From NCBI RefSeq assembly GCF_018977255.1, contig NW_024704743.1, positions 31,870,001 to 31,934,000 on the forward strand: a DNA stretch of 64,000 nt. The letters are read 5' to 3'. The notes under the pieces were generated by a model. That model saw nothing but the letters and a program-made list of their open reading frames with translations. It searched no databases and was not told where the DNA came from. The position numbers and the translations under genes are program-made. Each line of letters begins with the position of its first letter. Position 1 is the stretch's first letter. The stretch comes from Callorhinchus milii (Eukaryota). Shown here piece by piece: positions 23,428-36,897 of the stretch.

Positions 23428-24573
23428 CACAAACCATGTACCAAACTTCTAGTTCTTTAAAAGCATCTTCTTTAGGTTTGCTGTTGAAGGGATTCTGTAT
23501 AAATTGCCCCAAAGCAAATAGATTTGCAAGTGGAAGTCAGAATCTCTCTTAAAAAAAAAGCAATGTGCTTGACAAATTGGTTTCTAACTGCATCAGTGCC
23601 AAAGCCCAACTATTGACTTGGCTGAAAATTTTGATTATTTTTTGTCCCGGGGAGAACTCATATTGATGGTCAGCTGGATATCTGACACACGTGGAAACCC
23701 AAACTAAACTGAGAATTCCAGAAGGAAATGTCCCTGTGTCTGGAATTGATGGTCATAACAATTGTAAAGCTCCATATGGATGTAATTTTAATACACAAAC
23801 GGCTTCATTATTTCTGTTTGCCTATGTTGTACAGGAGGCAGAGCTTGGGTTTATGTTAATAGGTGGATATAAGGGTCACAACAATAGCCCTGAGAATATG
23901 ACTAAGGAGGAGAAAATTACTTTTCTGGGACCCAGCCAAGCAGCATTGTTTTATCAATTTTAATAGTAGAATCGTAGAAATTTACGGTGCAGAAGGAGGA
24001 GGCCATTAGGTTCACCGAGTCTGCACCAGCTCTCAGAACAAGCTGTACTTGCAATCTCACTGCCCTGACCTATCTCCACACCCCTCATGATTTCAGGAGC
24101 TTGACTGACATTGACCTGAATGGACACCAATTCTGAAATGAATTAAGTTTAATGGCAACAAAGGTCGGTTCACTCCTTCGGACTCATTGCTTCATCTATA
24201 TCTTCATAGCCTTGAGCAAAACACAGTTACTGATGTGCCATAATGGTAAAGGACTCTTGTGAACAAGGGACAGAGAATGATTTGATTATAATGGTATCAT
24301 AATGTACATTTCTATCATATCCTAACAACTTGTTCAGATTTCAAACTGCTGAACCAAGAGAATATTTTATTATCATGATTTTGTCTGCATGATATCACAA
24401 ACCTATTTGAACCACACACGAAAAAGAACTATGAATCATTTTATAAAACAATGACTTTTTTTTGATATGTAGGCAAGACACAATGTTGAAAATAGCTGCA
24501 GATAAAGGATTGGGTAAAAGTTCAGTATTTCAGCCCCAACTGTGTTTGCCTCTGATTCTTATGTGAATTTTGT

Positions 24574-25070
24574 CAGTCAGGCTCAGTTGGTAACACTCTT
24601 GTCTTTGATTTAGAAAGTTGTGGGTTCAAGCTGCACATTGGCGCTTTGAGCTCAAAGTGTGTACAATAATGTACTGGGGGAGCACTGCATTGTTGGAGGT
24701 ATCATCCTCAGATTACATGTTAAATTGAGGATCTATCTGTCTATTCAGGTGAAAGTCAAAGATAAATGGCACTATTCGAAAAGAGAAGGGAATTTCTTTC
24801 ATGTCCTGGCCAACAATCCCCCAGATAAAATTGTTTACATAAAATGATATGGAATGGAAACAGGCCATTAGCCCAATTAGTCCATTCTGGAAAGTAATTT
24901 AGCAAAGTAATAATTTATCTCTTTCAATGTTCCTTCATGGCTGTTTGTGGGACATTGCTATATGCAAATTGATTCTGTCAAATACTGTCACTTCACGTTA
25001 CAGCAATTAACTGTGAAACACTTTAAAACTTTATAGGCACCATATCGAATCCAAGGATTCTTATAATTAT
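24574..25070 (+). mobile_element. Old SacSINE1/DeuSINE-like element, near full length
   Basis: Head gtcagtcaggctcagttggtaacactctt...gtgggttcaagc; body gcactgcattgttggaggt...ggcactattcgaaaaga...gtcctggccaacaatcc; Deu-like ctgtttgtgggacattgct. Confidence 0.8.
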
Positions 25071-26049
25071 TAGCTATGCCAGCTTTCCAGACATAGATAT
25101 ATAGCCATAGTGGTATCTGCTTTGTGAGAAAAAAACTGGGCAACACAGATTTATGTTACTACCGCACAACACCACTGAATATTCAAGTGTAATAATAACC
25201 CTTGCTTTTGGTATAGCGCCTTATTTTTTATTTATCTATTTTATATTTATTATCACATCATCAAGATGTCTCAAATCTCTCCTTTATTAGGGAGATTATT
25301 GGCCAGGACCCTGGGAGAAACTCACTTTTTTTTTCAAATAATGCCATTGGATCTTTAACATCTACCTGACGTGTACTTTGTAATGCCTGCATTTGACATA
25401 GCACCTTATCACGTTGTCGAGACAAAATGCTTCACAGGATTTTATTCTGTATTTGTAGGTAAATTAGACACATACCTGGGAAATTCATGTTGGCAAAAGA
25501 GCTAACTGTCCTACTAACTATAGTAACATTAAAAATAAACCTATGATGGTCTAGAAGAGCCCCGGGGAACTTTTTATACTTTAAGTTTGACATTTAAAAG
25601 TTTATTTCACACGAATTTCAATTACACTGCAGCAGCTGGTGCAAAGCCAAAGCTCCTAGAGGGGTTCTCATTGCACTTCCGTTAAATCAAATTGCACTGT
25701 GATCTCCAGCCTACATCTCAGGTATAATTGGCCCAATGGAGGAAAAGTAGTGTGGACTCCTGCACTGAAACCTGATTGAAGTAAATGACTCCCCACTGCT
25801 TATAATGAAACAAGTCCTGTGATTTCCAGGGATAGTATGAATTACTTGAGGCCGGTGCAGTACTTGGCCATAGAAGCCCTCCACTTCGATCAGCTCAGGC
25901 CTGCTCCACATCACCCCCACTTCCTGGCCATTGTTAATAAGCTTTCATTGACTCTTCTCCTGGAAACCTCTTCCTTGCCCTGCCCTTCTCTGCTTTCAAA
26001 ATCCTTTTAAAAACCTATCTCTTTGATTTCACTTTTGTCGTATAACAAT

Positions 26050-26430
26050 ACAGTATAAATTTACATTTTTACACTGATATTTTTACACATGAGACAGATG
26101 CTGCAAAGCGCTTAACATTGCTGGCTGGGCACCCAAGCTGGGTGCCAGAGGGACGTGGGGATGAGTAAAATGTCCAAAAGCACAGTCAAAGAGGTGGCAC
26201 AAATGGATCTTGAAAGAGGTGAGGGAGGGAATGAGTCAGAGCGGCTGCAGGATGGAGTTCCAGAGAGTGGGGTCAGAAAAGCTGAAAGCCTGCTTGCCCA
26301 TGATGGGGAGATGGGATGGGGGAACATGAAGCAGGCCGGTTCTCGCTGAGTGATGGGAGTGGCCAGGTTAGTTGAGTTTCAGGATGCCACAGAGGTAGAA
26401 TGGGATGAGACCGTGGAGGGATCTAAAGGT
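26050..26430 (-). mobile_element. Old L2 3' fragment
   Basis: Reverse of the FSFSDPTLWNSIL and FKIHL motifs plus the L2 tail. Confidence 0.7.
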
Positions 26431-26739
26431 GAAAAGGTTACACCCTTTCTATTCCTCCCCCATCTCCCACTGTGCTCATGCTGCTGCTCCATCTCTGTGA
26501 AGCACTTTGAGATGTTTAACTGCATGAAAGGTACCATAAAAGGGCAAGATGTTGTTAAATTGGTATTGAGTAATAGGCCAGTTGACTCATTGTGGAGAGA
26601 GCATAGAATTAATGTTGTGGATGTTTAGTTGACCTTGTTAGGCTTTAACTGTGCACATGATTGATATATAAATGATTATCTTGTGTCTGAGGCAAACCAC
26701 GAATATTTGAAGGGATTTGCTATGATGCCCAGCTCTATT

Positions 26740-26928
26740 AACTTTAGCCCAGTGGATAAAAATCCTACGTGGTCCAGCACTAAACCATACAGCCTGGAGA
26801 AGTCACAGATATGAATCCAGGTCTGTGCTGAGTTGGGGGAGCAGTTGGAATACAACAACCTGGTCTCATCTCAGCACCCTTAAGTTGTGGAGAGGAAAAT
26901 CGGCCTGCTTTCCTGATCTTGGATGATT
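26740..26928 (+). mobile_element. AmnSINE2-like SINE 5' half
   Basis: gcccagtgg...aaaccatacagcctggagaagtcacagatatgaatccaggtctgtgctgagtt...ctcagcaccct...gaggaaaatcggcc...tcctgatc; block order matches my recollection of the AmnSINE2 consensus. Confidence 0.55.
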
Positions 26929-28629
26929 ACTGTTTACCTAGCAGTAAGTAGGAACCTGGTTGTTAGTTGATTGGCAGATCGCTTTTCCGTGGGTAATAAT
27001 TCCTTCAAAAAAAATAATAAATTGGTCACTCAATCCACGACTGTTTGTGGGACACTGCTGTGCACAATTGCCTGCTGCGTTTCACCTACAAACTATACAC
27101 TCAATTTCCAGTATTTTCTGTGAAGCACTTTGAGATAGCTTGAAGACTTGATAAGGTGCTATATCAAATTCAAGAATTATTATTATTACCATTGCTATTC
27201 CTGCTTGAAGAAACGTCCCTGCTGGGACCCTCAAGTGAGGAATAACATCAAAGATGTTAGAGTACCCTGTCTGCTTGATTTGACCATCGGGCTAAAATTG
27301 TACCATTATCCAGACATTAGTAATCCAGAAGATTTTAATGTAGAATAAAGGTGACAACTATTAGACATTTTATAATGTACATTTTAAGTACTTTGAGATG
27401 TTAGAATAATAATTCTTACATTTGGTAAAGTGTTTACAGGATATAAAGTGTAAAGTGTCGTGATTGTGTATTTTGTGAGTTATCCTATATGAATGGCGCT
27501 ATTTAAGTGCCAGCTATTTTATTCCCCTCATGCACAAATTCTATGCTCTCTCTGAATTACTGCAGGCAGTTCACCACAATGAACTATCAGGTCTGTTTTG
27601 TTCTCTACGGTGGGTTGAGATTTTACAAGGTGTTCTGCCCAAACTACACAAATGAGTGTCCAAATTGCAAAACTGGCAGACTATGATAGGAAAAAGAAAG
27701 CTGTACTCAACTCCAGCAAGTACCATCTTTGATTCCAGATTCCAACTTAATGATCATTTTTCAAGGCAGTCATATTTCCTCTATGCATTTGCTGCCTTTA
27801 CCCTTGAGTGACTGCAGATATGATTAACATCTCTGCATTACATGCAAGCCGTTATATTGAACAGCAATCGCAACAGTCCTCTCATTGCTTATTTTGCTTA
27901 AAAGGAAAGGAAGAAATCTCAAAAGTGCTTGGACCAATCCCGCTGATCAATGTTGACTGAACGGCCGAGGCACTTGGCTCCAATGATCAGAATTTACTGA
28001 CTCGGAGCCATTTGGCCAGGAAACGTTTTTCTGGCTCACGGAGCCGGTACAAATGTCATTTGAATCCTGAAATTTGCCTCCATGGCTCTGGTTTGCCCAC
28101 CTCAGGAATGTAATTTTCAGCCAGACCCGAGACTCAAACCTAGAACTGACTGGTTTAGATTCTTGCATTGTAGTCATTAAGTTATCAGTCCTATTGCGAA
28201 AGTGCGGAAAGAATGTCAATGTGGGATAGAAGGCAATCACATACTGCTATGTAATCCAGCTTTAGTACTGCCAGTACTTCAACAACAGAAGCAACCATCT
28301 TGTCTTTAATAAGGATATGGAGTTGGAGATCAATTACAGTACTTCATCTACAGAAAGCTATTAGTATTAATAAACTGCAATCAAATTGTAAAGATAAGAA
28401 ATGGTTCATCCTGATATTTAATTATTATAATGTGCAATCTTGTCCATCGAGAATACCTACCTTTGCCATTTAACCATTACAATGTCAAGCAGGTTGTTAA
28501 ATGTGTGCATTGTCCTTGCCTCAATTACCTTTCTTGGTATACCAGTCCAATTGTCAATTGTGTGAAGAATACTTTGCCTCATTTTTCCATTCCAATTTCC
28601 ATTACCTTACATTTACCCAGAGGATCCCT

Positions 28630-28960
28630 GATGTCTGGTTTATACTATATGTTTTGTGGTGAATCAGTAAATCCAGATCAATAGTTTAGGATGCATAGAG
28701 ACAGCAGAATAAGAGGACATAGGTTTAGTGTTGTAAAGGGTAATTTCAAGAAAAATACCAGGATGTTTTTCTTTACCCAGAGGATGATCAAGGACTGGAA
28801 CAAGTCGCTAGGGAAGGTGATAGAGGCCAGGACACCGGACTCATTTAAAAAGCAGCTTGAATTTGTGATGGGAGAACCATAGGGTGGGTATTCTGGAGTG
28901 AGGTGACCAGATGGGCCAAAGGGCCTTTTTCAGCTGAATCAATCTTGTGATCATATAATC
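28630..28960 (+). mobile_element. CR1 LINE ORF2 C-terminus and 3'UTR
   Basis: SRIRGHRFSVVKGNFKKNTRMFFFTQRMIKDWN...VIEARTPDSFKKQL matches the CR1 motif TRGH...FFxQRVVxxWNxL...FKxxL. Confidence 0.9.
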
Positions 28961-30122
28961 CTTATTGGAGCCCATCTGATAAAGCCACTGTGAGGAAAGA
29001 AGATTGTCATCATTGCAGTGTAAATATAGATGATGCAAATTAATTTAAACATGCAATTATATCTGCTCACGAATAGTTTCTCTTGAATAGTCCAATTTTT
29101 AAAGGAACCACTTTTAATGTTATTTCAATGCCACTCTCACTCCCTGTTCTTAAACAACAATAAAACTAACCAAATAGTTGCTCATTCTTGAAGCTCTCAG
29201 CAATTTGGAACCAAAAATATAATACCTCTTTCCTGCTCCAAATTGCTTCATTGCTGAAAGTGCTGCCACATGACATCAAGTGCTATAAATTAGGTATGAG
29301 CCTGCCAGCACTTCTAAGGAGACCCAAAAAGGTATGTTTTCAGTGAACATACTGATGCTGACAACCCCCTAAAATTGATAAAGATCACAAGGGAGGTTTG
29401 TATGAAGAAGGCCCCTCAGCTCACTTGATCTCATCCTTCCAGAATATCTATCCTATCATCTTCCTATTATAGCACCAAGCTGTGGCTTGAATGAGTCCAG
29501 TGTCCACCCTCTGATAACCTGATCCGTCTGTTAAATAAATATTTCCTGGTCCACTTTTTTTTCTCTAATATTAATCCTAACTCTTTAAAATGTGAAAAGA
29601 TTAATTAAAATAAACAATTTAAAAACTGGCATAAATGTTTCCTTTCATTTTCTCTTCCCTATCCTCTGTCTTGTTTTTTTTTAATTTGTTATTTTTTGTG
29701 ACCTTCTACCCTTTCTCACGTTTGTTTACTTTTTCCTATTTTCATCAGTGGGTTCATTCCAGTTCCCACCATTCATATTGGAAAGTGGCAGCAGCTATTT
29801 TATTAAAAGATTTTCATTGGCTGAAAAACATCTTTAGAAGGCAGTTTTGCAGCAATGAGAAGATTGGAACATTGATAGAAATGAGTCAAATCAATGCCTC
29901 ACAAGACATTTATATCTAAAATAAGACGGACAAAGGGAACAGTCAGCAGTCCTGAAGGCTCCCATGGCATATAGTGGACTCAGCCATACCATTCTAAGGG
30001 TTAAAATTTAGCTGCCTGTATATTAGTCCATTCATCTACTCAGTCTTACAAACATCATCTGGTCACATAGCTTCATAAAATTGTGTGATATTACTACAAG
30101 TGATTTCCTCTGTGAAACTAAT

Positions 30123-30487
30123 ATTTTTGGTCAGCTGGGTGTTTGATATGTGCAGAAACACATCATCATGTTTAAGAGTATGTAAATCTGCAGTCTACAT
30201 AAGGAAATTTCCCTGTACCTGGAAATTCGGGAAGAGCCAAGGTTTGGGAATCCCAGAGAGTGGACTGGGGTACTGTTGAGTTCAGTCAACTAAAACCGCA
30301 TAGCTTGCCATTGAGAGAACCGCCTGGCAAACTTCCTGCTACTTGTCCACGAAGACCACCCTACTCATTCGAGCTGTGGCTTGCAGGGTTAACAGGAGCT
30401 GAGTGGGAAGAATCCCTGCTCTCAATGTTCGGTCTGCAGCTCCAAGTACTGTCGATGAGCCAGGCTGGCTGGTCTGTCATCAGCTGT
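30123..30487 (-). mobile_element. Family X copy D (internally deleted)
   Basis: atttttggtcagctgggtgtttgatatgtgcagaaac...gcttgccattgagag...gagtgggaagaatccctgc...gatgagccaggctggctggtctgtcatcagc. Confidence 0.8.
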
Positions 30488-31599
30488 GCTGATGAATAAT
30501 GTAAACCGGAAAGAAAGAAGAAAGAATTTGCACTTTTACGTGCCTTTTAAACCAAAACGATTGAAAGCACTTCACAAATAATTGCTAACAAGTATAGCGA
30601 CTGTTTTTTCTAGGAAAACGGGGCAGCCCATCGTGCACGGTAAGGTCCCCAAACAAGCATGAGATGAATGGCCAATTCATTTAGAGGATTGTTGGCCAGG
30701 ACAACAGGTGAAACTCCCTTCAAGTAGTGTCACAGGATCTTTATCGTCCACCTGAAGAACAGACTGATGTGACCTGGGATTATAGTCCCATGTGAAGCAC
30801 AACGGACTCCACTATTCACTGATTCCCTGGGCAGAGCTTTCACTGTTTATCATCTTCTGCTTCCTTTTGCTGAGTCAGTTTTCAATTCCATTAACTAACC
30901 TCGAATGTATTTCATCACTCTAAATCTTTCTCTAAACAGACATGGAATTGTATCAAATGCCTTCTAAAAACGACAGTTCATAACTTTTTTTAATTCAGTA
31001 GCTAACAATACATTCAATATTGGAGTGCACAAATAGGAAATGAATTATTTAATCAAGTAATTCCAGCTTTCAGCCGAGGATCAAGCACATTTCCAACACA
31101 CCCTGCTTCTCACAAGATCAGGTCAGTATATAGAGTTTCATAACAGATACAATACAAATTTACATTTATATAGTGCATTCCACATCATGCTGACGTCCCA
31201 AACCGCTTAACATTACTGGCTGGGCACCCAGGCTGTTTATTATTGATTTACATTTTTTATAATATGTCACATTTTTCACCACAAACTTTGAAAACTGACT
31301 TGGAATTTCAAGTGATGTATCTAACAATGTGATAAAATAAATCTACATTTGTGTCTGTTGACAGATGGAGGAGCACTGACATCTACAGCTGCCAGATTTG
31401 CTTTTCCTGAGAACCCATGAGGCCACAGGAAGACATGACCACCAGTAAAACGTTAGTGGAGATTATTAATACTAATCCTTACATTTGGCTGCCACGTTTC
31501 GCCCACAAAATATAAAGTCAGTTCACTTTACTTTATATTCTGTGAAGCGCTTTGAGACGTCTCGAGGACGTGATAAGGCGCTATACCAAATGCAAGAAT

Positions 31600-32000
31600 T
31601 ATTATTATTACATTTGGTATAGCTGCTTATCAGGTTGTTAAAACATGCTTCGCAGGATTTTACTGTGAAGTGTAGAGACTGACTGTATTTGTAAGTGAAA
31701 GAGGCAGTCATTTTGTGCACAGTATTGTCTGTGAATATTGTCTGGTCATAGAGCGAATGACCATTTTTATCTGGGGGCTTGTTGGCCAGGACACAAGGAG
31801 AAACTCCCTTCTCTTATCAAATAGTGCCATGGAATCTTTAATGTCCACCTGAAAAGGCAGATGGGACCTTGGTTTATTGCCTCATCTGAAAGAGGGCACT
31901 TCCAACAATGTAATAATCCACCATCATTGCTGTGGAGTGTCAGCCTCGGTTGTAAGCTCAAAGTCCCCACATCTTGCTCAGACTCATAACCTTTGGACTG
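31600..32000 (-). mobile_element. Old DeuSINE-like element
   Basis: Reverse of the 24574-25070 body (ttggccaggacac...atagtgccatgg...cacttccaacaatg). Confidence 0.78.
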
Positions 32001-34246
32001 ACACCCAAACAAAGGTAATCGATAATAACTTGAAAACAATGTGCAGTGAACTTATTTATACTACTGGATGACTTCCTCTGCTCTAAGGAATATAACCCAG
32101 TCTACACAGCCTTTCATCATAGCTGAGCCCCTTCAATCTTGTGAACTGTGCACAAATGGCTGCCACATTTCTCTCACAAAATTCAGTCAATCCACTATAC
32201 TGTATATCTTGTGAAGTGCTTTGAGACGTGTCAAAGACGTGATAAGGTACTATATCAAATGCAAGGATTATTATTATTGTATAACTGTCACTGGACACCC
32301 TCGAGGGTTAATATATTGTTCCTAATACTGGGTATCTAAAACTGAACACAATAATCCAATGAGGTCTGCCCAGAACACTATATAAAGCGCTCTATGAGCT
32401 TGAGCAAGATCTCTTCATGTTATATTATCGCCAGTGATAACCAGCATAATTGATCACAAATGCAGTAAAAAGGAGTCAATAGTTATCACTGGCCTCAAGA
32501 GTGCACCCACTCTTCCCCTTTCCCCTATGAAGATGAGCATTGACTGCTTTTGTTCAATGACTATTCTATCTACTGCTCACCATTTCAGTGGATCATGATT
32601 GAGTGACCCAGTCTAAATTGCTGAATTTATAGCTTTGGTCTGATTTTGTGGTTCTACCCACACAGGCACAAACACACTGGAGGAGCTTTAGTTGCAAACC
32701 TGGCAAAAGGGCACTTTCCCCTCAAAGTGAAAGGATACATTGTAAATGCGTTCCTCTGTGACTGCAGCAGAGTGGAGCAGTGTAAGAGCACTCATTTACT
32801 CGCTGCACGACAGTTAATTTTACATGTCCAGGAAGCAAAATACAGTACATTGTCCCAAAAGGAGATAGCGACTTGTTAGTGGAGACTCAGCAGGAGTCTG
32901 ACAGCTAATTGGCTCCCCCTAAGGGCAGCAAATTCTCACCAGTGTCGAGGTGCTATGCAGTGTTGCCAGGAAACAAGTCTGCTCTGACAAAAAAGAAACG
33001 TAAAAAGAGTAGATTAATTTTCTTCTTACGAGCATGCCCTGTTAGTAAGAGGCGTTATTCCTGAAGAGAAAAATCTGCCTGAATGTCGGTGCTCTTTAGA
33101 AAAAGGCTCTTTAGCTAGTCCGAAGTGATTCAGATGTCCACTATTCAAGGGATTTTCTTTGTGAAAATATTCTCAGAGCCAAAATGAATAGCATTATGAC
33201 AGCCCCGTCCAACTAATGTTGATCTAACTTTTCAAAAAGTCCCCTTTCTCCCTGTGTAAAGAAACGTCCGCAGTACAACAAAATATGGGAACGTTTTGCA
33301 GTGAGACTATAGGAGCCTGGACCGATGTATTCCTGTCACTCTTGTTTTCCAGCTTTCCTCTGCTTAGATTCATCATTGACATAATCTCAGAAAGGGAAAC
33401 AGGAGAAATATGTGGGGAAAAGAATGCCACAAAGCAAAAGGAATCCTTTTTGAATGGAATCAGGCTTTTTATTCCAGCAGATTTGTCTCATTAAATGCTG
33501 TCTAGTGTTATATAGCTCATGGCATTCGAAAGGAAATTGCACTGAGAAAGAATATTGCGTGTGTGTTTTTTTTCTAAATTAAAAAAAAACTAAAACCGCA
33601 GCAAGAAAATCAAATGCAACTGAAAGCAAAAGGGAAAGCTCGGAAAAGACACAATATGAAAAGAAACACATGAATAAACTGACGCTGAACAAAGAAGCAG
33701 AACTTAGTGACCTTGGGCAGAGCCAGGTATTATTATTGTTACAGGAACTCTCAGCATTGTTCTCTTCCATTGTAGTCGATGCTTGTTTTCAAGGAGTCAG
33801 GGTGATGTGGTTGTTCGGTGTCATTGTCTTGGTAGCACTAAGGCATTCAAAGTGTTAGATTTGCATCAGTGGGAAAACGCTGTCACAGCCATTGAATGAT
33901 AATACGCGGTTAGCTGAAGAACTGCACACATTATAATTGTTGCCTTCTATTCAGCACTGATGGAAATGTCAGCGCCTTGCAGTAATGACTCAGTGCACCA
34001 CTTCAATCATGTGCACCTTAAAGTGCAGCAAAATCAAAATTTTCCTTCTCCAGACAGCCACGTGTCTCCCTCTAGCTCAGTGATAGTTATCCCATCTCCT
34101 GGTACCTCAGAGTCTGACAGAGGCTTACATTTATTCATGGTAATATGTCAGCTCCTAGGGCAAGCAACAGCTTTTGACTGTATTATAGGAATTTTGTGGT
34201 TAAAAGCTCGACCATGTCATCTGGTTATAGCCATTTACAGTTGAAG

Positions 34247-34972
34247 ATTTTTTTTGTCCTGTGTCTGACGCATGCGAAAATCACCACCAGGCTTACGAGT
34301 CTCTAAACCAAACTGCAAGTGAATAATAATAATAATAACCCTTGCATTTGATATAGTGCTTTTCACGTCTTCTAGACTTCTCAAAGTGATTCACAGAATA
34401 TACTGTAAAGTGAATTGACTGTATATTTGTGGGCAAAACGCGGCAGCCAATTGCGCACAGCAGCATCCCACAAGCATCCATGGATTGAAGTGTCCAATTT
34501 ATTATTGTTTTTTTCTTGAGGGATTATTATCAGGCGTGTAGAGTAAGGAAACTTGCCCAAGGTTTCACAGTGCTGGAAATCGAACCCAGGTCTCTCGCTT
34601 GCGAGACGAATGCTCTAACCACTGAGCTGCAGGACTCCACTGTTCCTTGTTTGTTAACTATACATGAAAATTCCTGTGCTTAAAATAGAATGTACACTCT
34701 CTCCCTGGACGGATCCATCGTGCTTTACGTAATTCCAGGGAGTATAAGGCGTAGGTTACTGCTAGAGTTTAAGCTGTTAAAACTGCATAACTTACCATTG
34801 AGAGCACTGCCTAGCAAGCTTTACCAGCTGCTTTACCAGCTAGAACCACCCTACCTATTGGGGCTTTGGCTTACAAGGTTAACAGAGGCTAAGTGGGAAG
34901 AATACCTGCTCCCAATTTATGCCTCTAAGCCCTGCTGATGAGCCAGGCTGGCTGGTCTGTCATCAGCAGTGC
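34247..34972 (-). mobile_element. Family X copy E, split by a young SINE (34322-34640, minus strand)
   Basis: The T-run and gtgtctgacgcatgcgaaaa lie before the SINE; gaatgtacactctctccctgga...ctgctgatgagccaggctggctggtctgtcatcagcag lies after it. Confidence 0.8.
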
Positions 34973-35610
34973 TAAAAAATAAGTGTGAGTTTGGACCCAG
35001 GTTGAATTTCTCCCCTGAAGTTTGGATCTCTAGTTTTGCTTGTGACTTTAATGTGGTGGTAGAGCAGGAGTGGCTTTCGACAGTTCTGGACAGAGCAACA
35101 GAAAAATAACATGTTTAACATCTTCCCTCTTGTTCATTGATCTCAGGGTCCCACCATTTGTGAAGTCTGTAGCCTGTGTTCACTCCACCATCATTAACTG
35201 AAACTGCTCAGTGTAAGATCCTGTAAATTGTAAAATGTTCCATGTAAAAGTAGAAAATGGTCTATTTTCTAGCACAGTTACAATGTGGGAGGGGGTTGTG
35301 GAAATATGTGATACAATAATTATCAGTGGTGACAATCATCATATGTAACGTGATATGTGATGTGAAAATTATCACTGATTATTGACACAAGATATATACA
35401 GTAGTATTTTCCCCCAATATCAAGTTCCACAGTCATTTGAATGGTAAACAACCTCACAGTAATAATGCAGAAACATTCTATTTGTTTTGGTTAGCATATT
35501 GGTTAGAGTATTTGCTTCTCAAGTGAGAGGACCTGGGTTCGATTCCCAGGCAGCGCAAAATCTTAGGCAAGTTTCTTAACTGCACGTGCCTCTGTTTACC
35601 CAGCAGTAAG

Positions 35611-35938
35611 TAATAATAATAATAATAATAATAATCCTGGCATTTGATATAGCGCTTTTCACGTCGGGAGGACGTCCCAAAGCGCTTCACAGAATACACT
35701 GTAAAGTGAATTGACTGTATATTTGTGGGTTAACGCGGCAGCCAATTGCGCACAGCAATGTCCCACAAACAGTCGTAGATTGAAAATGACCAATTTATTA
35801 TTGTTTTTGGTTTTGGAGGGATTATTATTAGGCATGTGGAGTAAGGAAACTTGCCCAAGGTTTCACCCTGCCTGGAATTGAACTTAGGTCTCTCGCTTGC
35901 AAAGCGAGTGCTCTAACCACTGAGCTGCAGGACTCCAC
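35611..35938 (-). mobile_element. Young tRNA SINE, short subfamily, full length
   Basis: Near-identical reverse complement of 3246-3577; abuts a + strand long-subfamily head at ~35495-35610. Confidence 0.95.
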
Positions 35939-35939
35939 A

Positions 35940-36795
35940 GGACTCCCTTGACCCTCCAACCGCACAAGTTACTGACCCATTTCCAACCTGTCCTTCCTGG
36001 CCAGAGCTCTGGAACACGTTGTCACTGACCAGCTTTGCTCCCACCTCTCCCACCATTCCTTCCTCCAGCCGGTCTAGTCTGGTTTTCACCCTGACTGCTC
36101 ACAACACAGACAAGGCACTTGTCAAGGTCACAAATGACATCCTCTCTCTCTGACCAAGGCTCCCTCTGCCTCACCTCATCCTCCTGAACCTCTCCGCCAC
36201 ATGGCGCGCCTCTGCCTGTTCCTTACCCCAGACACAGCCGAAATACTGGTCATGAATTCTCAAACACCCTCTTTGCCAGTCTCCCCAGCTCCACCATATA
36301 CAGGATCGAACTGATCCAAAACTTTGCCGCCTGCATACTTACCTATACTAAACTCCGTACACCCATCACACCAGTTCCGGGGAGTAATGAGGAGACTTCA
36401 CTGGCTCCCCATACCGAATGGGTCGATTTCAAGATCCTCACACTCGTTTTTGAATCCCTTCATGCCCGGGCACTTCCCTGCCTCTCCAACCTGCTTAACC
36501 CATAACCCGCTGCTTCCGCTCGACTGGCTCTGGCCTTCTGCATGCTCCTTGTGCTCTCTGTTCCACCACTGGTGGCCGCGCTTTCAGCCACTACGCCCCG
36601 AAACTCTGGAACACTCTACCTCTATCCCTCCACCTTGCCCCTTCTTTCCCTATTTTCAGGTCGCGCCTGAAGACCTTCCTATTTGACCAGTGCCTATGGC
36701 CACCTCCCCCGGGCTCGGAGTCACACTCCGCCACTGTCAAGCACTCTGGGATGCTGCCGTGTGTGAGGGGCTCTATATAAATGCAAGTTGCTATT
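35940..36795 (+). mobile_element. Older L2 with large internal deletions
   Basis: [33 protein letters not shown] and LKTFLFD motifs in broken frames; the RT core is deleted near 36195. Confidence 0.88.
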
Positions 36796-36897
36796 GTAGT
36801 TAGGAGGGGATAAATTTGCAGGTGCTTGAACTACATATGGCAGTGAACTGCAATGTCACTGTGTCACTTGTCCTGTGGTGTGGAGGATTGAAATTTA

